DNA from: Octopus vulgaris
Taxonomy: Eukaryota
Direction: 5' to 3'
DNA: 64,000 nucleotides
Assembly: GCA_951406725.2 (NCBI GenBank)
Contig: OX597815.1
Coordinates: 19,592,001-19,656,000, forward strand
Shown: piece by piece, positions 12,422-27,054 of the stretch
Layout of the letters: every line of letters begins with the position of its first letter
Numbering within the stretch: the stretch's first letter is position 1
The notes under the pieces: model-generated
Told to the model about the DNA's origin: nothing
Databases searched by the model: none
The model's input: only the letters and a program-made list of their open reading frames with translations
Translations under genes and position numbers: made by a program

Positions 12422-12445
12422 GTGTTCAACATTGCTCCAATAGAA

Positions 12446-12491
<46 letters not shown>

Positions 12492-14440
12492 CTTCCATTG
12501 GAGCAATATTGAACATATATATATATATATATATATGTTTATATTTATATTTATATTTATATTTATATATGTTTTTGCTTTCAGATTCTCTGAAGGTTAA
12601 TATATGCTTTCATTTTACCTAGTCTTACTGCAGTAAATGTCATCTGAAACAGTTGACAAGTCTCGCTTGTGACGTCTTTTTATATCCTGAAATTTTAAAA
12701 ATAGAATTTGTTTTTAAATCATAAAAGTATATATATTTCTAGACGATGAGCATCATTAGCTTTGAACACGAAGATCATCAAAGAAGTTAATGGAAAGCCA
12801 TGCCTTCGTAGGGTGTTCAAAATCTAAAATAAAAGTCAGGAAAAGTAACAGCAATAAGCTAAGTTAATGGGATCTTTTAGAGACTACAGTCAACGTAGAG
12901 TGATCGGGTCTTTAAGGCTAAGATAAAAGCAATGGGAGTATTTGACTTAATATAGACCAAGGTACACTACGACTGAAAGGAAATAAGAGTGGTCGTTGTT
13001 AGAATATTTTTGATCATAGAACTATACCTTTAGAGCCCTATCTAACGCTAAACATCTACAACGGCAATAGCTGATCTTAATCTGTGTTTCAGATCTGTAC
13101 ATGTTATAGCATTTCAGTTACAAGCCTTTCCTTTAAGGACATGTATGAACTAGAAAGCCACACGGCACTAATTATATGTGAAGTTTAATGCATTTTTACA
13201 GAAATTAATATAAATCTAAAAGAAAATGTTTTCGAGTTTCGCCCTTGTTTACAGATTTAAATTTTCGAATATATCTTTATAGTTCATAAGAAAACAACAT
13301 GAGATCTGACAGAGTTTTGCTGCTATTTCTAGTCTTATCAAACAACCACCACGTAGTTTTTCTCTTTGGCTCGTTATATTTAGTCCTAATTGTAGTATTG
13401 TTTTTAGTTGTTTTGATATCCGATAATGATACTGAATGTATTACAAGGATGCAAGATATAACATTTATCAGGTCCCGATGGCTCTCTACCGTTTCTATCA
13501 CTTTCCGTCATGTTGATGTATTATAAGTATGTCTTCAATTGGAGCCATATTGAAAATAATTTCATAATTCCTCGAGATAAGTAAAGCTACGAAGGTAGTT
13601 TTCAGTTAACAATTGACAAATTTATAGACATGTGGCAAAGAGATGTGGTACAGGAGGGATTTAGAAGCAAATGTTTGGGAGTAAAAGTGAATGTATTTGT
13701 GTCATTTATGTAGAAAACGTGCATTCGTCGTACAGAATGGGGAACAATTCAGCAGAAATGCCGAGGGAATATTTCCATGTCGCATGGTTACTACATGAAA
13801 CACTTGTAAAATTAAAAGAATGAGGCTTCCTCTTGTGGAGCATTAATATCTACAAGAGTATTCCCTCTTGAACATACCCATTCATAAAATAATGTTTCTC
13901 TGATATCATATCGCTAGCTTGCTTGGTTGATTAATTGTTTCAGTTGCATTAATGATGTCTCAGAATCTAAAGAATCTAGTTTGGTGGAGGGTTTTCTTTT
14001 TGTGATTAATAAAAAATCTATGTATTTTTGTTATTCTAATTTTAGTTTTGGATAACCCACTTTCTTGTCGTCATGTTATTTCAATAGTATGTACGTGAAC
14101 CAGTTATGTTCAAACAGTTTAAAAGCTTTATAAAAGTAATAGAAAAATATTAAACGAGCAATGGCGGTATCATTTAAATGGCTGCTGAAGCAGCTAAATC
14201 AACGGACAAAGCGGAAGTGTAGTTTCAAAAAAGACATTTGAACACAGGTTTTTTCAGTCTGGTTTGGACCAAGACGAAACAATGATAATGAATGAAATTA
14301 TGAACACCAAAGATGAACTGAAAGGGAAATATTTGCATACATAAAATGACACAACGATCCATGTAAGGTTTTAGTTATAATACTTAGTTACATCTGTCGT
14401 TATTTATATTATAGTTTATAATGGATTAGTTGTGTAAATT

Positions 14441-14675
14441 GGAAGGTGGCCAGCTGGCAGAAACGTTAGCACGCCGGGCGAAATGCGTAGCCGTATTTCA
14501 TCTTCCGTTACGTTCTGAGTTCAAATTCCGACGATGTCGACTTTGCCTTTCATCCTTTCGGAGTCGATAAATTAAGTACCAGTTACGTACTGGGGGCGAT
14601 GTAATCGACTTAATCCCTTTGTCTGTCCTTGTTTGTCCCCTCTATGTTTAGCCCCTTGTGGGTAATAAAGGAACA
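14441..14675 (+). mobile_element. Full-length tRNA-derived SINE, family C, with a 17-bp TSD
   Basis: A box TGGCAGAAACG, B box GAGTTCAAATTCC; body GTCGACTTTGCCTTTCATCCTTTCGGAGTCGATAAATTAAGTACCAG; TSD GATTAGTTGTGTAAATT at 14424-14440 and 14676-14692. Confidence 0.92.
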
Positions 14676-16858
14676 GATTAGTTGTGTAAATTATATTCTA
14701 ACATTAGACTTATATATAGAAGATGCTTTACTTTACATTTTTGAAACATTTGCTTTATATAGGATAAAAGAAATATCATATTCATGTGATTTTATTACAT
14801 GAGAACACACGCTAACTTTAAACATAACTATAGAATTAGCACTTAGAATAAAAGAATAAAAGAACGGAACGTTTTGTTCGGTGAATATGTTAAATATGGC
14901 TGCAAATCAGTTTTGATCGGTTATGAAAGGAATTTCAACCACCACTATATTGTCTTTTCTCTTGCGTAAATGGTAAAAAGCAATACTACGTTAATTAATG
15001 TGTCTGTTTTATGATAGTTCGTTGTTTGAGGGACGTTTAGCTGCTATTTCCATCGGAGTCAGCGGCCGCATAGAGTTTCCTCTCAAAATTAAAGAGTTTT
15101 ATCTTTCTTAATGTGTGTAGTTCATATCAGCATCTAGTATCGAAATATATTAATAAAAGCGGATTCATAAATATGATGAGTAGTTAAAAGTGGATACAGT
15201 AGTGTATACGCTCTGCTCCACTAAGGTGACCTCATAACATCGAAACATGCCTTTTGGTGAATTTTGAGTTTGGATTCTCTCTGTTTTTTTTGTTTTTTTT
15301 GTTTTTTTTTTTACACGAATCAAGCATTAAGCAAAATATTTCCTAGCCACATCATTTATATTCTAACTGTCTTTACTAATAACGAAGTTCTTTGTTTTTG
15401 TCTGCAGAAGGCGATACTGAGTATTTTCCTCCGGACTTTCTTATAAATGTATACACGTACGGGTTTATTCGTTGTTTAATAAAGCATTACTCGAATATTC
15501 CAAGATTAAGATAAATTTTAGTGTCAAAGGGGACTGCCATAAAGTATGTAGGTTTTAATCTTCGCCAAGGAGCTTATTATAATAATCTGAATCACTTGTT
15601 AGTATAGCGTCAGCACTGACATAATAGCTTGTTGATCCGGTTAGCAAGTGACATTGACCTTACTTGGCTAATCTCTAAGCGAATTTGTACAACAATATCA
15701 CCAAAACAAAAGTAAGTAAAATGCCAAACATGAAATTACAATGGCTGCAACTTTGCCATCAACAGCACTTAGAGGTAGCAATATGTTAATTATACAAAGA
15801 ACAAATATGCTATAATTAAAATCATGTTAACCACGCCTTTGAGTATGTATGCGTATGTCAGACACCTTTGCATACTTCCTCATATGCACATGTATAAGGC
15901 AAAAGTATATTATATATACACTCACACAAATAAACAAATAAACGAAAATAAAGAAACTTTCAGAAATATATACTTGGATGTTTCCATGCAATTAATATTT
16001 AGTGCTTCTATGTAAGAACTTTAAATACATATTTGTTTACTTGCTAGAGCAATTGCATAATATTTCAAAGCCAGGAAAATGTTAATTAAGTAATTGAAGA
16101 TAATCTAGACATTGTTTCGAGAGAATATCAATATGAAATTTGCCATAATTGCAAATATCTTTCGTAATTTTCCTTTTGTCGGTTAAATAATTTACTAACC
16201 TGAAAATAAACTACAGTTATTAGCAGAAAAAAAATGTAGCCTAATGAATAGTTTGTAATTAAACTCTATAGCGTTCAATTATTTGTAACCGGAAATAAGA
16301 ATCTTTTTACCAAATTATGAGAGTTTATGTTAGCTCTTTCAGACTAATTTTTGTCTTCATCTCAGCTGCACTCCACAAGTGTTTTGCTTTAGACACAGAA
16401 ATATCAACCAAGAGGACTAGTATGCTTCTATATTCTTCTTTCAATGAAATCTATCCTCAACGGAGTTTATGAATGCACCAAAACCTGATAAAGTACGTTG
16501 GAGTCATGTTTCTTGGTAGACGTTCTAACGCAGCATTGGCATCATCCTTCGAGAATTTGAAAAAAGAAAAAATTTAGTTTTAAAATTAGAATCAATATTC
16601 TATGCATTTATTGTATTTTAAGTTAGTGTCATGTACAGCACAAATATCTGATTGAGTATAAAAAATCTTCGGTTTTGGAGACGATCACATAAACATTCAC
16701 CTAATTATTGCATTGATGGAAGGATGATGCCAATTAAATATTAAAAATATGACCAAACTCTGCCCGAGACATTCGTTAATTTTAAATCTAGTATTTGATA
16801 CTAGCAAACAATAAAATCCTTTAAGTTCTAAAAACATAGTAGACTGTTGAGAAACCAC

Positions 16859-16910
<52 letters not shown>

Positions 16911-16953
16911 TATATACATATATATATACATACACACACATATATATATATAC

Positions 16954-16992
<39 letters not shown>

Positions 16993-17135
16993 ACAATATA
17001 TATATCGGCAGCAATATATATATACTAATGAACTTTTATTTGCGGTTGAAGCTTTGCTGTTATTTCTAGTGGGTGAATGGCCTATATTTTAATTTTTTCC
17101 TACTAGGCCTGGTGGCAAAAATTCTACAAATTTTT

Positions 17136-17166
<31 letters not shown>

Positions 17167-17340
17167 GGTTAGTTTACCATTAATCAGCAGATGAAACGGT
17201 ATATCGTATAAGAAATTTTTTTAATTTTTCTCCTATTTCCGAATTACAGTACTTGGCGGTTGGAGTTATGGCTGCTCTTTCTATTGTTGGACGAATGGCC
17301 TATGACTATAATTTTTCCTACTAGGCCATTCCTAAATTGA

Positions 17341-17380
<40 letters not shown>

Positions 17381-17383
<3 letters not shown>

Positions 17384-17530
17384 CGTTTCTAGTATTGGTT
17401 TGCAAGATTCTTTGTGTGAGTTCGTGTGTTGAAGTATATTCTGTAGTGTTTGGGGAGAGTCATTCTCTTTTGGTGCTATATAATTTAACACACCCACCGG
17501 TAAAATTTCCACTTATTTCTTTTTTTATTT
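17381..17530 (-). mobile_element. Second copy of the 8975 repeat family (fragment)
   Basis: Aligns to 8975-9120; flanked by (TA)n. Confidence 0.75.
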
Positions 17531-17545
17531 TTCGGTATGTTAATT

Positions 17546-17576
<31 letters not shown>

Positions 17577-17584
17577 AATTTCTG

Positions 17585-18343
17585 TTGTATCCAAAAAAAC
17601 CACCTTGGAGAACCACATGGTAAAGTTTAATTAAAAAAAACTATACATGCAAGTTCAAGGTGCAGCTATCGGTGTCGGTGTAGCTGGAGATGTGGCCGAC
17701 CTCTTCATGTCCTGGTGGGAAAGAAAAATTAAGCAAATGTTAGCAAAACAGTTCACAAGTCTTCTACTCTACAGTAGATATGTAGATGACATTAATATCA
17801 TAGTTAGGACCAACTCTAGTGACGGTAATGCAGAGACTGAGAAGAACGTAATGGAGAGCATCCAGCAAGTAGCTAACTCGACCCACCAAAGTATCAAGGT
17901 AACTATAGATTACCCCACTAAGCACCCCAGCAATAGACTCCCCATAATTGATACTGAACTTTGGTCAGAGAGTCTGAACAATAGAGTGCAGCTCCTCCAC
18001 TCCTATTACATGACACCTATAGCTTCAAAATGTGTTGTTCACAAGGACTCAGCCTTGTCACACGACATGAAAATGAACATAATTATAGTAGACTTAGTTA
18101 GGATAATGAACAAAGTGGACACTATGAAATGAAAAAACGTATACAGAACTTCATGCACCGCATGCAGTTCTCTGGATATGATCAGAAAGATAGGGTTCGA
18201 ATATACAGGAGTGCTAGAAAGAAGTTAGATAAGAGTATACGTAATGATCCCAGTGGTACCTGCCACTGGGATCATTGGCAAAGACTAGAATAGGGTACAA
18301 AGAACTTGTGACAAAGCAAACAGGGCAAACATGTGGTTTAAAG
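17585..18343 (+). pseudogene. Penelope-like retroelement reverse transcriptase fragment (Naiad-like), frameshifted
   Basis: ORF 17647-18132: (Y)xQxxGAAIG..ADLFMxWWE..YSRYVDD..DYPxxHxxxRLPxxD..YxxPxAS..SA; continues in another frame as MQFSGY..R; these are PLE RT/thumb motifs. Confidence 0.85.
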
Positions 18344-18805
18344 TAATGAACCCAGCACTCCTCCTGGCTTTGGAAAATTTCAGAGAAACCAGCTACATCT
18401 GCCCGAAACAATATCAGAATATTCCGTAATGTGGTCAGCCTAATGCGCTTTAGATCAGGTGTCAGGTATGGTATCCACCGAGCAAAAACCTTCATCATGC
18501 CAAGTTAATTGTACAGAATATTCTCACCTCTCTCATGGGATATGCTAATAGCATTCGCCATTCGATTTATAATCAATCGCCTGTCATCCATCACCATGTG
18601 CTGAAAACAACCAATGTTTTTTTCGATGTTGACAGTAGCAGATTTTGAGCTATTTTCAAGACTCTCCCTTCCCCTCTTAAATTTAGCCGCCCACTCGGGC
18701 ACTTTTGATAAACCTGGAGCGTCATTCCCTAATGTTGCAAATATGTCGGCCTAAATTTCCTTGGGGGATAAATCCTTTTTCTGCTGGTACTTGATAACAA
18801 CACGA
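18335..18805 (-). pseudogene. Mariner transposase fragment
   Basis: ORFs 18505-18702 (W..KFKRGRESLE..DDRRL, HTH region) and 18214-18498 (KVFARWIPYLT resembles WVPHEL; EECWVHY resembles DExWVHY). Confidence 0.85.
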
Positions 18806-18806
18806 T

Positions 18807-18807
<1 letters not shown>

Positions 18808-18873
<66 letters not shown>

Positions 18874-18876
18874 CTC

Positions 18877-18939
<63 letters not shown>

Positions 18940-18962
18940 ATCTACCTATCTCTCTCTATCTG

Positions 18963-19011
<49 letters not shown>

Positions 19012-19012
19012 A

Positions 19013-19069
<57 letters not shown>

Positions 19070-19090
19070 GTCTGTCTGTCTGTCTCTATC
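18808..19090. repeat. (CT)n/(CTAT)n array
   Basis: Direct reading. Confidence 0.95.
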
Positions 19091-19207
19091 TCTCCATTTC
19101 TCTTAATTCATGTTAAGTGAAGTTCTCCAATTTTGGCACATTATGAGCATATCTTCAGTCACCGAACTCCCAGTAGATACAAAATTTAAAAAAAAACAAA
19201 ACATACA

Positions 19208-19620
19208 GGCGCAGGAGTGGCTGTGTGGTAAGTAGCTTGCTAACCAACCACATGGTTCCGGGTTCAGTCCCACTGCGTGGCATCTTGGGCAAGTGTCTTC
19301 TGCTATAGCCCCGGGCCGACCAATGCCTTGTGAGTGGATTTGGTAGACGGAAACTGAAAGAAGCCTGTCGTATATATGTGTATATATATGTATGTGTGTT
19401 TGTTTGTGTGTCTGTGTTTGTCCCCCTAGCATTGCTTGACAACCGATGCTGGTGTGTTTATGTCCCCGTTACTTAGCGGTTCGGCAAAGGAGACCGATAG
19501 CATAAGTACTGGGCTTACAAAAAAAGAATAAGTCCCGGGGTCGAGTCGCTCGACTAAAGGCGGTGCTCCAGCATGGCCGCAGTCAAAGGACTGAAACAAG
19601 TAAAAGAGAAAAAGAGAGAG
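19208..19620 (+). mobile_element. Full-length tRNA-derived SINE, family B
   Basis: A box TGGCTGTGTGG, B box GGTTCAGTCCC, CTTGGGCAAG motif, internal TA/TG tract, purine-rich AAAAGAG tail; four long copies in the window. Confidence 0.93.
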
Positions 19621-20203
19621 TACACACGGAAAAGGTTTCGTGAAGACAAAGGATTACTTCAACAAGGATTGCGTATTTAATGTATCATAGCACAAGAACA
19701 TAAGTTGCCAGAATATATGGAGAAGTAACAGGTGGACTAAACTGACGTTTATAGACTCTCGACTGAAGTGAAACAGAAGAGATTAGCCGACAGTATTCAT
19801 ATAAGTAGCAAAGAATGAAATTATGTCGTTGGCTTTCGTCATAAGTACTTCAACATAAAAAGGAAAAAAAAGATGAGATTGCGAGGAACGAATTGCGTTG
19901 AATTGTGGACGGGTTCTGAAAGAGTCAGCCCGTGTAGAAGATGGATCATGGTAAAATTGCTCGGCAATTAGTAACAGACAGGAGGTGAGAAAGAAAAAAA
20001 ACAACAAATAATTGGTAGAAAGGAGGGGAGAAGGAACGCGAAAGAAGAAGAGGATGATTGGGAGAGAAAAACTGTGAGAGATGACGACGGAAGAACAAAA
20101 GAATGAACGTAGAACACGAGTGGGGTCACAGAAAGTGTAATATACACAAACAATACACACACACACACATATATCTATGCGAATATGCATATATAAATAT
20201 ATA

Positions 20204-20274
<71 letters not shown>

Positions 20275-20307
20275 GCGAACTCATTCGTATTTATATATAT
20301 ATATATA

Positions 20308-20389
<82 letters not shown>

Positions 20390-20395
20390 GCGCGC

Positions 20396-20432
<37 letters not shown>

Positions 20433-21029
20433 TGGTGAGAGCAGGAAAGAGAGAGAGAGACAGATAGAGACAGAGATATGTTTAGCTTCTGAGTTTGTAT
20501 TTCAAGAAAGTTCTATGATTTCAAATATTAAAAAGTACAAACAAAATAGAGAGGAAACATCAGAAAGAACCAAAGAACAAGAAGCCATTATCGATGTTAT
20601 ATAAAGACAAAATACATTGATTCCAGCTAACTATTGTTTTTACTGAATATCTAACAGCATTTTACGAATCAGAGCAGAGTAACAGTGAAGTTGAAAATAT
20701 TGAAATTTGACTATATTTCAAATAATACTAATGATACTTCTATTTAACTACTTTTTTAGTCTTAGGGCACGAGCGTGGGTTTTTTTTTATTTTTATTCTT
20801 ATTGCTTTAGAAGTAAGGTGAAGTCTTGCATCGATTTAACAAATTTAATATGAGAACGTCACATGTATGAAAATTTGGAAAGGATATGAAGCCTGCTCAT
20901 TTTATTTATTGTTTGTTTCTTTTCTTTTTTGTGTTTTTTTTTTTTTGGATTTTTGTTTTTATTCTGCATGCTTTAATTAATTTATGTGTTGCTATCATTC
21001 ACTGATCCTGTCTGCATTTCAAAAAACAA

Positions 21030-21540
<511 letters not shown>

Positions 21541-21834
21541 GTATGGAGATTGTTTTTGATGTAGCTTCAAGACATGTAAAAATATTCCATTGATGTTGTA
21601 TAGCAACTATTATTTTTCATTGTTCGACATATCACATAATACATAGAAATTTTACTTACAGGATTAGTTATATTTAAAGTTACAAGTAATGTCATAACTA
21701 TCAATGTTACTTATGGAGAATTGTGGTAATTTTTTTTTAGTTTTCTTCAAATGTAAATTGATAGAGAAATGGAATGTACATAAGACCATCTAGGTGATCG
21801 TCCCACCTGCTAGGAATAAAAGTCAATTCTCTCC

Positions 21835-22084
21835 CTACCGTCTTAAAGCCAAGGTATATTGATGTAGCTCAATCGTCTTAAAGCCCAGGTATATTAATGT
21901 AGCTCAATCGCCTTAAAGTCCAGGTACATTGATGCAGTTCTACCGTCTTATAGCCAATGTATATTAATGTAGCTCTACCGTCTTAAAGCCAAGGAGTATT
22001 AATGTAGTTCTACCGTCTTAAAGCCAAGGTATATTAATGTAAGCTCTACCGTCTTAAAGCCAAGGTATATTAATGTAGCTCTAC
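21835..22084. repeat. Minisatellite, ~35-bp unit, about 7 copies
   Basis: Unit CTACCGTCTTAAAGCCAAGGTATATTAATGTAGCT. Confidence 0.9.
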
Positions 22085-23920
22085 ATAAACTTGAAAATAC
22101 GAAATGGTCACCACTAAAATCCCTTTATCATAAGACTTACTCTATTATATTTGACCTGGAAGAGGCTCATGAATTCAAGACAGACAAATATTATTCAGCT
22201 GTTTCGAATATACTGTAGCTTCTACTAAAAAAAAATGGTGTTATCTGTCCCTCAAATAACACCCTGACTACCAACTAAAAGAAAATAGTGGATAAAGAAC
22301 AAATTAGATAATGTAGTCCTACATATAATAGTCTGGGAAAAAAGATATTTTGGACATGAGTCTGCAAAATCGAGGTTGTGGCTAAATTAAAACAACAACT
22401 GCAGTTACTACCACTCTTTTATCGCAAATTATATTAATTGCTGTATAATTTCTTAAACATTTAATCGATCCAATACTTACTGCAGTATGCACTGAAACAA
22501 ACAATTATGCCAACTCAAGAATCCAAGAGATCTAAAGAAATCGTAAACGTAATAACATAACATTTTAAGATTTAGTAGAAAGTAAAAATAATCGATATAT
22601 TATTACCTAGCTATACTATTTAAAGAATTTAACTGGAAACTAATCGATAGAGTAACGCACAGATATGCCATCATACTATTTTGAAGAACTTAAAGGAACT
22701 GATCGATATACTAGTTATACTATTTAGAGATTGTTTTAAGAGAACTAGGACCGGATCAATACAGTAATGTACTTGCGTGTATTTTAAGAAGTTTCAACGA
22801 ATACAGAGAGATATGTAAACTTATTCTAGAAAACACCTGCTAGGTATACAAATGTTTAGTTTTGGTACACGCTATGTATATATCTGTGTATTTTACCCTT
22901 GTATTATATTATGGGAAAGGTGTTAAATTAATAAGGCAAAAGGATTAGAACGTCGTTGATTGTATTTCTGTAGACATAAAACAAAACAATAGCTCTATCA
23001 ATAAAATTGTCCATGACAAACATTGCTAAGTGTTTGCCTTCAATATCGGCTCTTACTCCTGAGTGTTTTTTATACGCATGTCTACATAGCGAAGCCTTGA
23101 TACAGTTTAATAATGGATAGACACCATTTTGTTTATTTTATTAATCAGATCAATGCACTCGATAAAAAATACAATATATCGTGCATTAGTTTCTCTTTTG
23201 TGTTATTATTTTTATGTTAACATCTCAACAAATCGTAGATTCAATGGAATCGTATTTGAGCATCCCCGTAGAGAAACATAAGAACAATACCGATTTAAAG
23301 AGGTCATATATTGTTGCATTGTTGTTCTATATTATCTAACTACAAGAGCATATCTGTTGATGAGTCATATATATTCCTAGTCGTTTACTGATTAGGGAGG
23401 AATATTTATAATTAACATCATTCTGACACTGGATTTCAATAAATAATCTAGCGTCTGAACTCATGAAAAGGTTGCCTTTCTCGACTATATAGGGTATAGG
23501 AGCTGTACATTGACCTTGAAAAACTCAAGCGTTATTGATTAGGTGTGAAAACATGAACACAACTAACTGCCAGTTACAGAATATGAACACTTGATCTTAG
23601 GTTAAACAAAAGTAATACCAGCAACAACAACTGGATACATCTATAGATTTGGCGCACTTTATGAAATCCAATGTTAATGAGCGTTGAAGTTTCGCAGAAT
23701 AGTTAGAGTGTCGGGTAGAATATTTATGGTCTCTTACGTTCTGAGTTCACTTACCGGCAAGGTCAGTTTGCTTTTGATCCTTCCTAGTTCAATAAAATTA
23801 AATACTAGAGAAGTACTGGAACCAATATTATTTATTATACACCATTCTCAAAATCGAATCTTTAGAAAGTGTTATGATATTCAAATATGTGGGAGCAATT
23901 GTTGATGTGTAATGTGTTTA

Positions 23921-24322
23921 AGGCGGCGAGCTGGCAAAACCGTTAACATGCCGGGTAAACTGTTTAGCGGCAGTTCGTCCGTCTTTAAGTTCTGAGCTCA
24001 AATTCCATCGAGACCTACTTTGCTTTTCATCCTTTCGGGATATATAAAACAGTGGGATCGATGTAGTCTACTAAACCCCTTCTCCGAACATGCTGGCCTT
24101 GTGCCAAAGTTTGAAACCAATGCTTAAGGCGACGAGGTGGCAGAACGGTTGACACGCCGAACAAAATGTTTAGCGGCATTTCGTCCGTCTTTACGTTCTG
24201 AGCTCAAAATCCGCCGAGGTCGACTTTGCGTTTCATCCTTTCGGGGTCAATAAAATAAATACTAGTTAAGCACTGGGATCGATGTAATCGATGTACCCGC
24301 TCCTCCTAAATTGAAACCAATA
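23921..24322 (+). mobile_element. Two head-to-tail SINE family C copies (23921-24120, 24127-24322); an older copy lies at ~23685-23880
   Basis: Each has the AGGCG.CGAG.TGGCA head, GTTCTGAGCTCAAA B-box region and TTTCATCCTTTCGGG body. Confidence 0.85.
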
Positions 24323-24827
24323 TTTAATACGTTCATTCGATTCTGTATTAGCGGATGGAGTTTCATAAACTACACCAGCTGTTTCTCTATGGTATCACAG
24401 ATCCGTAACAGCGTCATAGGAAATGTCTCGCTACAGTTACATAGACACCTCTGGTTTCTGAGTAAGGTTTCTCTTCAGGTTAACTTTGCTTATTCTTCTT
24501 TGAGCATCATTAGCATACAGTACTAGTCAATCACAAGGATGGATTTAAATGTGTAACCGCGTGGTTTTGTTTAATATGAATTTTACAGCAATACTTCTGA
24601 TGAACCAACTGCATGTCGGGACAATTACAGAGTAATAGGTTACTGGATCAGCTTAGATAAATCACTGCACTCCACTATGGTATCGGATCGAGTGATTTAT
24701 CGTTACTCGTAGAAAACCTGTCCATATATTTGTGTATGTGTGTGGGGGGGGGGAGTGAAGGGTATGCGTATTTGCGTGCGTCGTGACAGAGTGTATATGA
24801 GTGTTTGGTGTTGGCTAGCGAGAGGGC

Positions 24828-24858
<31 letters not shown>

Positions 24859-25077
24859 CACATACACACATACATACAAAAAAAGAGTACAATTGCACAC
24901 CACATGCCCTGACGTACACGCACACACAAACAAACAAACAAACCAACGCATATATACACCGGACTGATGACGGGTCGTAAGACAAAACTTCGAAGTCACG
25001 ATCAGCCTTTTCCCTGTAAAGAGTAAACAAATATGGTAATGTAAATTTAAATAATGTTCAACTGTTTATATATATAC

Positions 25078-25144
<67 letters not shown>

Positions 25145-25576
25145 TATACTGGCATGCACACACACACTCACATAGACATCCACGCAGACGCTTGTGTTTA
25201 TACGCATGCGTAAATATTTAGTAAAGTTTACGTATGCGTATATGTTGTACGTGTGGATTTTATCTGTGAGAGTGTATGTGTGAGCGCGCCGCCTATGTAC
25301 GTGTGTGTGTTTGTAGGTGTGTTCATGCATGTACTACTATATAAACTAATATGCAGTCGTGTTTTTTTTTTTTTTTAGTTTTTATCGCAAAATAAAAACC
25401 GTTAATGGCTGGGACGATGTTGAAGAGAAAGAAATGAGAGAAACGTGTGTGGTGGCGGTGGTGGTGGTGAGGAGGAGGAGGAGGAGGAAGGGGAAGAGGA
25501 GGAGCAGATATGGTTGTGAATGAATATGAGAAGTGTCGTACTGAATCTAGTAAGCGTGATCAAATATGCATCAGCT

Positions 25577-25745
<169 letters not shown>

Positions 25746-26184
25746 TACGTGTACGTACGTGGCAGATAAACGGATATGTGTGTGTGTGTGTTTGTGCTGA
25801 CTTTAGTATGTCTATATATACGTCGAAGCGTGCATATGCATCAGTGTGTAAGCGAACGATAAAGAAGAAAGAAAGAAAGAAAGAGATAGAGAGATAGAAA
25901 GAGAGGAGAGAGAGAGAGAGAGAAAAAAAGAGAAAAAGAGAAAGAGAGAGAGAGAGAATAAGTGCATGAGAAACTGAACACTAACAAATGGCAGAGATGA
26001 GAGAGAGTAAATGTCGAAGTGAGAAGTATTTTATAGTTGTTTTTAGTGAGAAACGCACCTACGAGCTAATATGATGGCAGTATGGAAGTTGAAAATCCGT
26101 GCCCATAGGCTATATGGAAATATAATCCCGCTCTGATTTACTGGCTTCGATTATATACATACACACATACACACATCCACACAC

Positions 26185-26245
<61 letters not shown>

Positions 26246-26501
26246 CATATATATATATATATATATGTATTATGTATATATGGGTGAATGAATATATTTG
26301 TATATGTATATTTCCTCCCCTCCTTCGTTACTCACCTATATTCACCTGATAGGAGAGAAAGTACAGTGTGTATATATACATACATATATTGCCGACGTAT
26401 ATTGTGATGGAATTTTTTTTTTTTTATGTGTATGTTAAAAAAAAAAGTTCGTATGTGGAGTAAATTGGTGATCGTATGAATCTATGAGGAGCAAAAAAGG
26501 A

Positions 26502-26502
26502 A

Positions 26503-26545
<43 letters not shown>

Positions 26546-26565
26546 TAGTAATAATAATAATAACA

Positions 26566-26608
<43 letters not shown>

Positions 26609-26682
26609 TGGTGATGATGATGATGATGGTGATGAAGAAGAAGAAGGTGGTGTCGAAGGCGACGGTGATGGCGGTGGCGATG
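26502..26682. repeat. In-register triplet series (AAT)n-(GAT)n-(GAA)n-(GGY)n
   Basis: Direct reading. Confidence 0.9.
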
Positions 26683-27054
26683 TTAATACACGTCCTAAGG
26701 TGGTGAGCCTCCTAGCAGTGTGTATGTGTATGTGTATGTGTGTGTGTGTGTGTGTGTGTGAGTTTTTTTCTGTTTGTTTGTTTTGTTGTTTTTTTATATT
26801 GTGCGCGCGCGCGATTGTGTGTGTGTGTGTGAGTCGTCTAAATGTATTATTAGCGCAGAAAATTATCAATGTGAAATTCTAATGCTGGCAATCCATTCAG
26901 CCCTGTTTCGTAAGAAAAACACACCGCTCACATTTGCCAGTGACTATGGTAGTGATTGTACCAGCATTTCTTCCCTGGTCCTGGTTATTCCTATTGTATG
27001 GACTTAAAAGACAAATGCATTTTCGGTTAGGAATAACCTCGTGCACACTTGCGA

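Noticed and set aside
21835-22084. CRISPR-like periodicity of ~35 bp
   Set aside because: The units are contiguous with no unique spacers; this is a eukaryotic minisatellite
26484-26882. ORF with poly-N/D/E/G runs
   Set aside because: It is built from triplet and TG repeats with no recognisable domain
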